Shown here: positions 38,307 through 51,482 of the stretch, piece after piece
Layout of the letters: every line of letters begins with the position of its first letter
Numbering within the stretch: position 1 is the stretch's first letter
The notes under the pieces: generated by a model
What the model saw: only the letters and a program-made list of their open reading frames with translations
Databases searched by the model: none
What the model was told of the DNA's origin: nothing
Assembly: GCF_002105155.1 (NCBI RefSeq)
Contig: NW_019028989.1
Span: 248,001-312,000, forward strand
Reading direction: 5' to 3'
DNA: 64,000 nucleotides
From: Lobosporangium transversale
Lineage: Eukaryota
Translations under genes and position numbers: made by a program

Positions 38307-40041
38307 ATGGACGCACTTGCAGAAGGACCTCAGGTCCAAGTCAAGTTTGTGACTCGCCAGAGACAGTATGCTATCCCTGAAACCCCTATCCAGACACCTG
38401 CACGCCTTAGACGATATGGACTCTCACAAATTATCAATCTTGTTCTTCAGAACGAAGGAGGCATGTTTTTAATCTTGGGACTACTTTAATGAAAGATGTT
38501 TGTTCAACATATATCAATTAAAAAGCGAATACTTGAATAATTTTTTTTTTTTTTTTTTTTTTTTGTCAACAGAGAAGCAGAAACCTTTCGACTTTTTGAT
38601 TGATGGCGAGTTCTTAAGAACTTCACTCGTTGAATATCTGGAGGAGAAGAATTTGTCAACTGAAAATCTTCTGACTATTGAGTATGTCGAATCAATGTTA
38701 CCACCAACACCTCTATCGTCATACGAGCATGACGATTGGGTTAGTGCTGTTCAAGCTCATCAACCTGGTGGCTTTTTGACAGGATCGTACGACAACCATG
38801 TTCGCATTTGGAATAAGCAGGCAGAATGCACTCACATTTTGTCAGGACATAGCGGGGCCATCAAGACTGTCCAATGGCTCACATCAAATGGTAAAGGGTG
38901 TTTGTCGCAACATCAGTGAGTCACTTTGTGGATCTGCCTAGCATAGACAGAAAGTTGACCATCTTTCATTCAATTTTTTTTCTTTCATTTCTCATACTAC
39001 AGGAGAGAGTGGCACTTTATTGTCTGGAGCATTGGATCGGTCAATCTTGGCCTGGGAGTATAACCATACTGATAGCAGCAACTCGATTTTGTATGAGTGT
39101 AGAGGACACACTGCAGGAGTAGAGAGCATCTCTTTGAACTCCAATGGAGACAGATTTGCTTCAGGATCAGCAGATTCTATGATCAAGATTTGGACCACCA
39201 CTGTTCCTACGGCCAGTGACCACTTTGATGAAGCAGCGGAAACACGGAAAAAAAGAAAGACGGCCAAAGACGATAGGATCTTTAAGGTGAAGACGAGTGA
39301 AGACTACTGTAGTTGATCATGCGCTCATTATAGGTTAAGCTGACTCGATATTGACTTGTTATTGATTTGATTATAAAAAAAAGGCTCCAATCCTTACGCT
39401 GGCTGCACATACAGGCCCCGTCTCTTCAGTTGTCTTTAATCCCACATCATCGGATACCCTGTACAGTGCTGGATGGGATCACTCAGTTCGTGTCTGGGAT
39501 GTTGAGAACCATGTCAATGTCGCCACCAAGGTACCAATTGGAAATCTTGAGAAAATGTTTTAATACCTAGATCTACTAAGATATCACTACTAAGAGAGAT
39601 ATTGAAAAAGACTACTGATGACTTTGGTTTGGGGGTTGATCATTTGAATAGAACTGCGAAAAGACTGTTCATGCCTTGGATTATTCTCAGCTTTCTGGAC
39701 TTTTAGTTTCTGGCCATGCAGATACTGTCATCCGTCTGTGGGATCCTCGCACCGAGGAATCATCTATCGTGAAGCAGACTCTTAACGGACATCAAAACTG
39801 GGTCACATCTGTTTCATGGTCACCATCATCAGCATACATGTTAGCCAGCGGATCTTATGATGGATTTATCAAAGTTTGGGATATCCGTGCTAAAGGGGCC
39901 TTGTATACATTGTCTCATGGAAAGGGATCCAAAAAGGTGCTCAGCATTGATTGGAGTAATGATTTCCTGCTGTCGGGAGGAGAAGACAATCAGATGAAGA
40001 TTCATAAAGCTCAGGACATGACAGAGCGTATAGAAGGATAG
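38307..40041 (+). CDS. YTM1: Ribosome biogenesis WD40 protein Ytm1/WDR12
   Basis: NLE domain (QVKFVT...PFDFLIDGEFLRTSL...LTIEYV) followed by WD40 repeats. Confidence 0.93.
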
Positions 40042-40381
40042 GAAGGCTGAAGTAGAAAATCATAGCACATTTATTAAAGCATTTGGGTTTTCAACCCTCC
40101 CCCTTTTTTTTACCATTTTCTCCATCACACATGTCCATGTGTTCCCCTCTATTTGTGGAGAAATAAGGGGATGGTCCGTTTTCTTTTTCCTTTTATTTTT
40201 TTCTTTCTTCCTTACAATTCAAAATCCACCTCGGTTTGACCAATATACCCATAAAGGCAGACATGTCTGATCAAAGAGCGGTTTCGTAAGATGAATAAAA
40301 TCTTTTATTGCTTTCAACAGTAAAATTTTATTAACACATGTGTTGGCATGTCCCTTCTCCTGGACCTACTCTTCGTCTTAG

Positions 40382-41314
40382 ACTCTTACCATAAAGCGTT
40401 CTCCCATTGCCATTGTTAGACTTCACTTGACCTGCAACCCTAATTATGAGCTTCGGACGCCAGAATCATTAAAGCTTGTAGCTGCAAAACATGCACCTCC
40501 AGCCAAAAAGCCCGGATTTCTGCAGCGTTTGGTAGTAGATAAAGCTTTGACAACCAACTCAGTAGCCTCGCCTCCATATGTTGAATCGCTCACCGATGTC
40601 GCTCGGGATGTCCAATATTATGCGGAAGGTGAGAAGAAATTAGTTGGGTAGTAAGGTGCAAACTATCATTGTGAAAGATTGAACTGCAAATGAGTTTACA
40701 CTCAATTCTATCTCTATTCGTATTAAAAAAAAAAAAAAAAAAAAAAAAGTTGAAATTGGTTCAAATGAGCAAAAATTTCGACTGGACTTTGATACAGGAA
40801 GCAGTGATTTGTGGGTGCCAGATTCAACATGTAAGACTCGGAGCGTTACCTTCAACAGAACCACATCCACCACATTTAAGCCATTCAAAGGCAAGTTCAA
40901 GATATCTTATGGAGATGGATCTACAGTATCGGGAATCTTGGGGCAAGATCGAATCAATGTGGCAGGACTTATCATAGAGGACCAGATTTTTGGTCTTGCG
41001 ACAAAAGAATCAACCACATTTAGTAATGATGTAGTAGATGGGGTTCTAGGTCTGGCTTATAGTTCTATATGTTCAGTACCTGGAGTCCTTACACCACTGG
41101 AGAACATGATCGAGCAGAAGCTGATAACTTCACCTATATTTAGGTGAGTAAATATTGGTCCGGGCTTCTTTTTTTTTAAAAAAAAAAAAAAAAAAAAAAT
41201 AGATGCTCACTAAACAATTTGGATTACTACAATCAGTGTTTGGTTAGGCCGAAATACTGAAGGAGGAGGCGGAGGTAAGAAGAAAGCGAAGAAATAATTT
41301 AATAGAGATATATA

Positions 41315-41349
<35 letters not shown>

Positions 41350-42160
41350 TTCTGCAAACATCAGAATATCGCTTTGGTGGATATGATAGTGAACGTTTTG
41401 AAGGCGAATTGACATGGGTTCCAGTAACAGTCAGGCGCTATTGGCAAGTAAAATGCGATGGACTCTTTTTTGGAGATGTCGATCTCAAACTGAAGAGCGA
41501 TGTGATAATCGATACGGGTAATGTTACTCAAATGTTTTGTGCTAGAAATAAGAAATTAAAGGTAAAAAAAGTACCAACACCCGGAATGCTGGACATTTCC
41601 CATAGGTACCACGCTGGTTATAGTCCCCACATTAGTTGCCGAGGCAATCCATGCTCAAATCCCTGGAGCGATTAACGATAAAAAGCACGGTTGGATCGTT
41701 CCGAATACACCGGAAGTGGCTGCTCTGAATGGTGTACAATTCGTATTGAACGGAGTCAAGTTTAACGTGATCATGAAGGATATCATGCGTGAGAGCGTTT
41801 GGGGAAAGCGAGGATATGTTTATTCTGGCATTACAAGCAACGATCAGATCGTAAGTTCATGATGCTTTGACGGAAAAGTTTTTCTTTTTTTTCTTTGAAT
41901 CTAAACTGTTTTGTTCTTTATGCCTTGATAGCCTGTTTGGATTTTAGGCGATGTATTTATCAAGGAGAATTTTGTGAGTAGGCTTTTGTATCAGAAAAAA
42001 AAAAATTCAAACACAACAAAGTGAAGTTGCACGTTTCTTACTTTTTATTTTTTTTATTTTTATTTTTATTTTTTATTCAAAAAGTGTGTATTTGATATGG
42101 GCAAACACCGTGTTGGAATTGCCAAATGCAAGCCTCCAAACAGGATTCAACCATCTGTGA
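40382..42160 (+). CDS. Pepsin-like (A1) aspartic protease; start codon not resolved
   Basis: YYAE|VEIG, FDTGSSDLWV, SYGDG, DGVLGLAY, IIDT|GTT, WILGDVF and VFDMG..RVGIA motifs. Confidence 0.88.
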
Positions 42161-42575
42161 TTCAACAAGTCAAAGACGACTTTGAGGAGTTTCAAAAAAG
42201 ACAGGCTTCTAAATGTTTAATAATGTAGATTTTACACATATAATTTTGATGTGTTGTGTGACATAAAGGACAAGAGAGTAAACAGACATAATCAGCAACT
42301 CGTCTCATCTCCCAGTGCTTTGCGCATTCATGGCACAGCATGTGGGGAATAATGCTTCCTGATGGGATCATGAACTTTAGCCGTTAGCTCTCCACAATCT
42401 CCTGTTTATTACATCAGTATGTAACAGCTGCTGCGTGGTAGTGATGCAGGAAGTTTGTGAATCCCAACAATGGGACGAGAGATCAGACTCCTCTGTCATA
42501 TCGATCTTTAATGACTCGGTGCCCAAGTACTGGCCTTGCCGGGACAGATACGGATCGTACATTTTTTTTCTTATT

Positions 42576-43357
42576 TCACCGTAACATCGTATGATTCAGA
42601 AATACTGGCGATATGAATGGTGACTGATCGTTGTCCGTTCGCAAAGGTCTATTTGCCAGGCATACATACTGGTTAGCCTTCCTATCATTTTAAACATCTA
42701 ACAACTCTGACAATCACTACTTACTCGCGTGTTGAAAGTAGCTTCAGCTGTCGTATATGGGTATCACGTCCACCAAGTTGGTTAGAGAGTATAGCCATCT
42801 GCAATAGAAAAACTTTTGGTGGACGCCCACTGAAACACAAAGCCGTTAGTCAAATCTGGGCCTCTTAGGGCAGCCGCACCTCTTCATCTTATTAAATTTA
42901 TAAAGCGTACCTGCCAGGACTGTCCTCTAAGCTGATGTTCACCCATCCTGTTTGTTTCTCCAGTTCAACATTTACGAGTTCCTTTAGGTCATGATAAGCT
43001 GTTCCACCTCTGATGCTAATTCCCAAAGGTGTATAGCTTTCGTCTTGCTTATAATCATAGTAAAATGATACTTGCTGAACTGGCATCTTCTTCTCGAATT
43101 GCATATTGATAAGATGCGGTTGTGGACCATCGGATCTGTCATGATATAACAGCAATATATTCTTAAAATTGGGACAAAACGCTATGATTGATCCTGTAAT
43201 ATGAATAATACAAAGTCAAAACCTACTGCCAATAGGTCTCAAGATCATTGTCCCAAAGTAATTCAATACCGTGGTCTATCTTATCAGAGGATACTGACCA
43301 GGTGGCTAACCGGCCTATATCCTTTTTGTCTTCTAAATCGAGTTCGCCGTAGTTCAT
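42576..43357 (-). CDS. APC10: Anaphase-promoting complex subunit 10 (Doc1); start uncertain
   Basis: ATWSVSS, LETYWQ|SDGPQPH, DESYTP and NQLGGRDTHIRQ motifs; C-terminal LR tail. Confidence 0.9.
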
Positions 43358-43858
43358 TCCTTTTAGGCTGTTTCTTTTTTTGAATTCAAGAAAATAAAAG
43401 AATAGACAACAAGGAATCAATGCGTGCCTTAATGAATGTTCGAATGGCCCAATATCGGTTTGTTTGAGCAAGGTGGTGCCTGAACTGTGACAAGACTTTC
43501 TGGTTGATACGTGGCTTGGTGTCACAGAATAAGAAGAGATCGAAAGTCAGCAAGCAGCTTTTGAATCCTCTCAACTTTGGTATGTGACCTAGCAGGATAA
43601 TTGAGAAGAAATCTATGAATCCATTGGCTCATCCCGGCACTGCCTATCAATCCATTGAATGCTTAAAGCATCGAATCATCGATCCATCAGAATCTACTAC
43701 TCAGCAACTATCAGACAGCATTAAACATCTTTATCATTGATAACGATGCGTTGGAGTGGTTATGGGGTCTTCAGTTTGAGAGAGTTCATAGGCTGACTTG
43801 ATCATCTGCGTATTTTCTTTTTCTTTTAGACCTTTAAATCCCTCGAACAGTAAACATC

Positions 43859-45040
43859 ATGTCGAAGGCAGGCAAAAAGGAAGAATATTTCCAGAAGCTC
43901 AAGACTTACTTGGAGGAGTACAACTCCATCTTCATTGTCAACGTTGACAATGTCGGTTCCAACCAGATGCACCAGATCCGTAAGGCTCTTCGTGGTGATG
44001 CCAGGATCCTCATGGGTAAGAACACCATGGTCCGCCGTGCCATCCGTATCCTCCAGGCTGAGAACCCCGACTACGAGAAGCTCATGCCCTCGGTCCGTGG
44101 CAACGTTGGTTTCGTCTTCACCAACTCTGACTTGAAGACCATCCGTGACAAGATTTTGTCCAACCGTGTCAAGGCCCCCGCTAAGGCTGGTGCTCTTGCC
44201 CCCATTGATGTATTCGTCCCTGCTGGTAACACTGGTATGGAACCCGGCAAGACATCTTTCTTCCAGGCTCTGGGTGTCCCCACCAAGATTGCCCGTGGTA
44301 CCATTGAAATTATCAATGATGTCCATCTTATCAAGGAGGGTTTGCGTGTCGGTGCCTCTGAGGCTGCTCTTCTCAACATGTTGAACATCTCTCCTTTCAC
44401 TTACGGCTTGACTGTCGTTCAGGTCTACGACAAGGGTACTGTCTTCCACCCCTCTATCTTGGATATTGAGGAGGATACTCTTATTGGTCACTTCGTTGCT
44501 GGTATCAAGAACATTGCCGCCATTTCTCTCCAGATCGGTTACCCTACTATTGCTTCAGTTCCTCACTCGATCATCAACGCTTACAAGAACCTGTTGGCCG
44601 TTTCCATTGCTACCGAGTACACCTTCCCTGGTTCTGAGAAGGTAAAGCATATTGTGATTTTATTACCTTTACTGCTATATGATTTTTTCATCTTTTGGTC
44701 TTTATTTTATTCCTTCATATGTGAGCCGTGTGATGAAAAACTCTTTGTAGCCCTTCAACAAGGCGATGACGAGAAAATCAAAACACTCTAATTTTTTCCT
44801 GATGGTCCTCACTTATTTTTTTTTATTCATCTACATTTGGTTATTATTTAACATTGAAATCTAATCCTATGTCTCTTGTCCTAAAAAAAACTACAGGTTA
44901 AGGCTTACCTTGCTGATCCATCAGCTTTCGCTGTTGCTGCTCCCGCTGCCTCAGCTGCCGCTCCTGCTGAGAAGGCTGAAGAGAAGGTTGAAGAGAAGGA
45001 GGAATCTGATGATGACATGGGCTTCGGTCTTTTCGACTAA
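43859..45040 (+). CDS. RPP0: 60S acidic ribosomal protein P0 (uL10), intron 44642-44896
   Basis: [22 protein letters not shown] and C-terminal [13 protein letters not shown]. Confidence 0.97.
44721..44812 (+). ncRNA. Intronic box C/D snoRNA with an 18S rRNA antisense guide
   Basis: Box C GTGATGA (44730-44736), C'-like GATGAC, box D CTGA (44799-44802), terminal stem GTGAG/CTCAC. Guide AAACACTCTAATTTTTTC is complementary to the conserved 18S sequence GAAAAAATTAGAGTGTT. Confidence 0.8.
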
Positions 45041-45141
45041 ATTCTTTTTAATGAGTACTGTTCTATCTCAATAAAATCTGTGGGAAAGGGTAGTTCATAG
45101 AAGCACCAAATAGGTGTCATCTAAGGGCTCTTTTGTTGGAA

Positions 45142-45183
<42 letters not shown>

Positions 45184-45296
45184 TCGCGTCAAGTTTTATT
45201 AATGTTGGGTTTTTTGTAAATTCATTTTATATAACATGTATTTTGGATTATTAAGTTATTTTTGATTTCATTTCAATTACAAAGTATATATACAAG

Positions 45297-47189
45297 CTAT
45301 TGTGCTAAGACCATGTCCTCAGTCTGAGGAGAGCCCAATGCTAATGCTGCACTAGCAATAAGGTCGAGAGGGTCGGCCTTGGGATTCGAGTCGAATTTAG
45401 TCAACGCTGGTGGGGCGGTCTTTTGCTTGTCTTCAGACTCTTCATTTGAAGAATCAGATTTAGCGTGGCTCAGTTCGGGTTCACGGTCTTGCTCAACTTG
45501 TTCAGAAGCCTTTGTTGACGACACCTTAGAATCATCACTATTCTGTGTAGCGTCATCTGTCGTGTCAGGGAGAGACTCAATGTCAGATACAGACAGAGTA
45601 TCGGAATCCATCTCATTCTCATTAGTGTTGTTATTGTTGACCTGATGGACTGAGGAAGGAAGCTCTCGGGCCTTGAACTCGTCAACAAGATCCAAAAGAA
45701 GCTGACTCTTCTTGATCAGCTGTTTTCGGCGCTTACGAATCGAAGCATCGCCTTCGCTCAAGACAGAGTCAAGCCTAAGCATGGTTTTGATCAAATTCTC
45801 CTCTGTGAGCAAGATTTGTTTTTTGTTCGCAATGGTACCAACGAGTATTTGATCGAGCTCACGAGAAAGGTCATCGAGGGAGGATTCAATCAGGTTAAGC
45901 TCAGAATGCTTCTCTTGGATTGGGTCTACTTTCTGGCTCTCTTGCTTGGGTTCTTCCATCTTCTTGTTTTGCTGCTGCTGCTGCTGCTGTGCTTGACGAT
46001 CCTGACGTTGCTTTAAAATATCAGTTGCACGAAGTTCAGGAGAAGAATGGGTAGAGGAAGGAGTCGCGGGAGCCTTTTTCTCAACAGCTTGCGGCGAAGC
46101 TTGAGCCAGAGGAGGCTGTGCTGCTGTCTTGTTTTCAGCAGTCTTTGCTGTCTTATTTTCAATAGTCTTGGTTTTGGGCATAGCAGCTTCTTGCTTATTA
46201 GTAGGCGTCTTGATTTTAGCACCAAGGAGAGCTTCAACCATAGCCTTGATTTCAGGGAACGCCAGGAAGTACTCGCCAATTAGATCTTCTTTCTTGGAAT
46301 CACCGTCTTTAGATTTGGGAGAAGTAGTAGCAGCTGCTGCCTGCTTCTTCTCTTGCTGCTCTTTGGTTTTCTTGGCTTCTTTTTTCTGCTCCTCAATTTG
46401 TTTTTCTTTCAGCTCCTCGGCCTTCTTTCGTTCTTCAGCCTTCTTCAACTCTTCAGCCTTCTTCAACTCCTCGGCTTTTTGATCTTCGGTCTTCTGGTCT
46501 TCGTCCTTCTTTGCTTCAATTTGCTGTTGGCGGCGCTTGGATGGGTACTGCTGCTCCTGTGACTGATGGCGTTTGAGTTGTGAATGAGGGAAGAAGAGTG
46601 CATTCAATAGGTCGTCCAATGCAATACCTTTGGTTCCCTCATCCTCAGTAGCAGCTTGTTCTAGCGCAAGTTGTCTTTGTTTTTTGGCTTCAGCAATGGC
46701 TTTAGCAGCGGCAGCTTCATTTCGTTTCTGGTCCTCGATTTGCTGTTGTTGTTGGACATGTTGCCAGAAGTTTTCCCAGGCAATCTGTTGGCGAAGTTGT
46801 TCCTTCTCTTGCTGCTTCTTGTACTGACGAATTGCTTCCTGCTCAGCCTCGTATTTAGCCTGAGCAATAGCCTGGGCTCGACGGCGATTGAGCTCTTGTT
46901 CGTAAAGCTGTTGCTGGAGGCGTTGTTGGCGTTGTTGCTCGAGTTGACGTTGCTGCTCGAGGAGCTGACGTTGATACTGCTGACGAGCTAATTTTTGTTG
47001 ACGCTTGCGTTCAAGTGCAGCCAACAGAAGCTGCTCCTCTTCGTCAGGAGAGTCGAGATCCTCATCGAAAGGTTGATAGGCTGTAGCGTAGGGAGAGTAG
47101 GGATGGAACATCATTGGAGTCGAATAACTTGATGCGTGTTGTCGACGGGCAGGCATTGTGGATGTAGGGTGTGAGAACAAAGTGTACAT
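45297..47189 (-). CDS. Gln/Glu-rich coiled-coil protein with a C-terminal BAG domain (Hsp70 co-chaperone), intronless
   Basis: LTEENLIKTMLRLDSV..EGDASIRKRRKQLIKKSQLLLDLVD matches the BAG consensus. Confidence 0.8.
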   Translation of the reverse strand: MYTLFSHPTSTMPARRQHASSYSTPMMFHPYSPYATAYQPFDEDLDSPDEEEQLLLAALERKRQQKLARQQYQRQLLEQQRQLEQQRQQRLQQQLYEQELNRRRAQAIAQAKYEAEQEAIRQYKKQQEKEQLRQQIAWENFWQHVQQQQQIEDQKRNEAAAAKAIAEAKKQRQLALEQAATEDEGTKGIALDDLLNALFFPHSQLKRHQSQEQQYPSKRRQQQIEAKKDEDQKTEDQKAEELKKAEELKKAEERKKAEELKEKQIEEQKKEAKKTKEQQEKKQAAAATTSPKSKDGDSKKEDLIGEYFLAFPEIKAMVEALLGAKIKTPTNKQEAAMPKTKTIENKTAKTAENKTAAQPPLAQASPQAVEKKAPATPSSTHSSPELRATDILKQRQDRQAQQQQQQQNKKMEEPKQESQKVDPIQEKHSELNLIESSLDDLSRELDQILVGTIANKKQILLTEENLIKTMLRLDSVLSEGDASIRKRRKQLIKKSQLLLDLVDEFKARELPSSVHQVNNNNTNENEMDSDTLSVSDIESLPDTTDDATQNSDDSKVSSTKASEQVEQDREPELSHAKSDSSNEESEDKQKTAPPALTKFDSNPKADPLDLIASAALALGSPQTEDMVLAQ

Positions 47190-47502
47190 GGCGAAAGCTG
47201 ATGCGTGTGTTGTGTGTTTTTAAGGATAAGAATAAGAATAAGAGTGGAGGAATTGTGTGTTTGTGTGTGGATATGCGTTGTTATTTTTTTGCTATGTTGT
47301 TTCGCTGGAATTGTTATTTGATGATTGTTCTTCTCCACAGGGCAAGTGGCGGTCTTTTATAGTGACAAGAACACTCCGATCATTGTGTTTGTGTCATCAT
47401 GCAGAGAGCTTTCCAGTTATTTCGACAAAGTTCTAATTTTCTATTTCAAATTCCATTACCTTACCGCTGTGATTTGTCATTTCCTTATTTGTAAGAAACG
47501 CT

Positions 47503-47517
47503 CGAAACTTCGAGAAC
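47503..47517. promoter_or_regulatory. Perfect heat shock element (nGAAnnTTCnnGAAn) upstream of the BAG gene
   Basis: cGAAacTTCgaGAAc; minus-strand TATAAAAG at 47354-47361. Confidence 0.65.
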
Positions 47518-47560
47518 CATCCATCCAATTATATCAAACACAGCTAATTGTTGTTGTATA

Positions 47561-47652
47561 GGCTCGTTCCCATCCCTCTTCACTTTATAAAGGTGACAGG
47601 AAATTCCATTTCCTTTTTGAGTCACCTAAAGTGAAGGGGCTGGGAACGAGCC
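47561..47652. mobile_element. 92-bp MITE-like hairpin flanked by TA
   Basis: GGCTCGTTCCCA...TGGGAACGAGCC, with inner pairs CTTCACTTTA/TAAAGTGAAG and GGTGAC/GTCACC; TA at 47559-47560 and 47653-47654. Confidence 0.7.
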
Positions 47653-47675
47653 TAGGAATGAAATTGAGGAAGTCC

Positions 47676-50600
47676 CCTTAGATACTCAAGTAAGCCAAAT
47701 ATGCGACACCCTTAAACAAAAAATAAAAGTTATTTCCATACAAGTCGTGTGGGTCATGTGGGTCATGTGGGCCAAATTATATATGGAAGTTCACTCTAAC
47801 CTGTCTCTAAGTCATATGGGAAAACCAGTTCTCATATATAAAAGTCATTTAAATGAACCTCAATCCAAACCAAACTTTGGATAATGTCAAAAGACACTAA
47901 TATAAAGCGATCTAGGGTAGTAATTGAAGTTTCTGAAGAAATTGAGTATCCGTAGTGACATAAAAACCGACTTTGGAAACCAAGTGTAGCTTGGTAGACA
48001 CTTGTTTAAAAAATGTTTCGTTGAAATTAGTAAAAAAAGCAGAGCTCTATGATAAAACCTTCAAACTTCACCATATTCTCAGATTTAAAGGACATGTCAA
48101 TGCTGAATCCAATTGTGGTATTTTTACAGCGACTTAGTTTACAAAAATAACCATCCTTACTGTTTAAAGATGGAGGAGAGACTATAAATTCCAGAAATTA
48201 CTCTATTTAGAGAGTTCAATGGGCATATTCTTGACAACCGCATTGCTAGTTCCTTGAAGTGCATATACATGACTTATAGATATAGCTTTTGGGTACCAGA
48301 ATCTATATTTTGCAATGTGTATCGCCATTACTGACAGAGTAATATTACCTTTGAACGAAAGAAGATGTACGTAATCTTGATTATTTTCAATGTACAAGTT
48401 CTTTGAATGGAGGTATCTTACTGAAGACTTAACCGATTCTTTTCAACTTTTTTTTAAATCGTACCAATGGATCTTACCTACAAAATATATGGTTTTCAGT
48501 CTTGTAGATACTCTATATCAACAGAAAATGGATTTCTTTTTTCATCATTCTGTATAAAAATAAAAAAAAAGAAATCCTGATTTCTGATTGGCTATTTCAA
48601 TTGTGCTCTCTTTGATTGAATTGGATTGAATAGTTTTTTGATCAAATATATACATGTAAATATTTTTTTTTATTGGCGCTGCCGTTTTTGGTTCCCAGAT
48701 GTATTTATCGTTCTTTGTAAAGAACAAAACCGTTCAACTATATCACTTAATTCCCTTGCTGCGTCGGAACTTCTCACAATGCTATCTGAATCATGGAGAC
48801 TCTTTTTGAGTATCACCAAAGATTCAGTAACCGCATCAGCAATCCTCTCCGCCTCAGCAACCTCCTCTGCTTCAGCATCCTCTACCTCCAACAGAGCATC
48901 ACTCATGCTGGGGTTAACATTCCCTTCCAGGCCATCTTGAAAACTCTGGATCATAGCATGTCTATCAGGGACCCTCTCAAGGACATCATGTATGATGCGG
49001 AGTGGTGGGTCTGGGTTATCCTTATGAACTTGATGCAAAAGATACATATGTCTGCATGGGCGCTGAGAATACATAAAGTACTGACAGTTACATCTTGAGA
49101 TAGTTTCATTCGTGGCAACCACGAAATAATATCCGCCAGATACGGAGAACGAGCGCACACAGTAAACGGCTCGGTCTCCCACTTGCTGCTCGTGAACAAT
49201 GCGCTGTGGAAGGTCTTCTAGACCATCTAGAAATTTTCTTTGGTGAAAGTCATCTCTCTCGCCTTTTAAATGTTGCCCATAGCGTCGCACAGTCTGCCTT
49301 GCCATCATTTGGTAAAACTCATCTACATCATGAGTTAAGATATAAACCAATCTATCTCCCCTGCAGTTTGTATAACCTCGTAAGAAGTGCGACTTAAGGT
49401 GGTTGTGCCAGGACTCGACGTAATTGTTAGTATCCATCCCGGCATAAAACTTTCCCATACGATAACATTTCATCCACCTTCTCCTTCGGTCTTCACTGAG
49501 GTAGCGTTCTCTAAAATAATTCCAGACTTTGCCCTCATTATGATCCTGCCATTTCAACCCGAATTCTGAAATAAGAGTCTCAGCTCGCGTACGGTTTGGA
49601 TCAAACAAAATTCTACGGAGCTCTCCCATCGCTTCCTCCCTCAACTCCTTAGCTGCCTTGTCTTGCGTTGCACAGATAACATTTCGAAGCTTGGCGCCCC
49701 AAGCTTTCATAACATGCCATAGACATAAATGAACTGTGACTGAGTCTCCAAACGCCAATCGGATTGCTTTGTATTCTGCTCGAGCATCATCAGTGGTGAT
49801 GTATTCAGGAGAGCCAATGTTTTCTCTGATATGTTTCAACCATTTTGCCAACGGTACATGGCTATGATCGTTCGTAAGCAAGAAGGCAACTGGGATAGCA
49901 CTCAGACTTTGTGGGTTCCGCACAATTATGGTGTAAAGCTCGTGTTTAGAGCGTTTTGTTCCATGCGTTGAATCTAGCCCAATGTGTTTAAAATTGGATC
50001 CATAAACTGATTTCTGGAACGGCGACATAAACCCATATGCAAATCTTGCATGATTCACCCCGTCTATTACGATGTGGTAGTCGAGCCTGAATACAGTGAA
50101 GCCCTTGTCCTTTAGTTTGTCCATCCAGAGCCTCATCGAGACTAAGTCATTCTTTTCAAGCTGACTCTGCCCACTTGAATATTTATAATAAATATTGTAC
50201 ACATCCTCATACTTCAGGACATGGCCACGCTGCAAAGACCCTCTTTGGTGTCGCGAGAATGCCTGGCTGCCAGACAGGTTTATCCTTGTCAGAATCTTTC
50301 TTGTACAGAGACCTAAACGGACAAGGTTTCGAATTCGCGATTTTGTTTCTTCTGTCACTCTGAGATGTTGAAGGTCCTCGAGACTGGCAAGAGTATGCCC
50401 AGTGTGCTTGTAGTAATATATCACACGCAGCTGGTTCCTTTCTCCTCTACTTGCGAACTCTTCCATATTGGGTTTTACGTCATGAACAATTAGTCTGGCT
50501 TTACAGCCTACTTTCTTGGTCGGTTTATAAACATTGCGGGTTTTCTTGGCTGGCCTCTCAAGTAGTTGATCTTGGTCAGTAATCTTTTTTTTGCGTGGGG

Positions 50601-51449
50601 CGCCTGCACAGTGGCAGAAATAAAGTTGAAATGAACGCAGTTTGCCTTTGCTATCATTGTCGTTGGTGACTTCAGAGTCTTCATTGTCTTCATTTCTACC
50701 ATTTATCTCAGAGTTGCCTTTATTCCAAATAAAAAAGTGATCGCTGCCATCTCGGTCCTTCCACAGTTCAAAGTCTCTTTTGTCCACATAGAATACGTGC
50801 GGCAAATAATCGTAGTCCTGTTTCTTAATCCTGAGGCCATCAACAATATCCCTAATCTTAGCCTCTGGGACCATCGACTCAATCCAAGAGTATTCTTGTA
50901 GCTGCGCAGACACAATTGTGGAAGCCAGACTGACTGCACGAGCCTCCTTATCTTGACTCAACCTCGATATATCCTCTACTTCTTCTACGTTATTTTCAGA
51001 TGGCGCCTCAACGAAAGTTTTCTTAAGAGATTCTGTTGCGAGGTCATTCCCGGAGGTGTTGTCTTCACCGGATGGTTCAACTGGCCCCCACACTATTTCT
51101 GGCTCGGAATCTGACACATCCGAAGAATAGTCTTCACCATCATCACAGTCGTGCTCTTCAGGATCCGTATCAACGTCGGTAGCTTCATCATGATCGTAGA
51201 ATTCGAAGCCTGGCTCAAGGACCTCTTCAGTTGCATCCTCATCGTTACTCGAGGCAACTAAGGTATCAGTAGTGAGGACCTATAACTTGCATTAAGAAAA
51301 ATAATTAATTATAAGCTAATGAACTAATCGAAATAGCTAGCATGTTCGTGATATTTATAAATACCATTGTGGAAAGGACGGCTAATATTATCTATCTCAG
51401 AGAGAAGGAAGACAGTTAGAAATGAAGTAGGCTAATTTGAATTTACGCG

Positions 51450-51482
<33 letters not shown>

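Noticed and set aside
43826..44491. 221-aa antisense ORF over RPP0, and similar shadow ORFs over ATP4, the BAG gene and SAS10
   Set aside because: Explained by codon bias or low complexity of the sense-strand gene.
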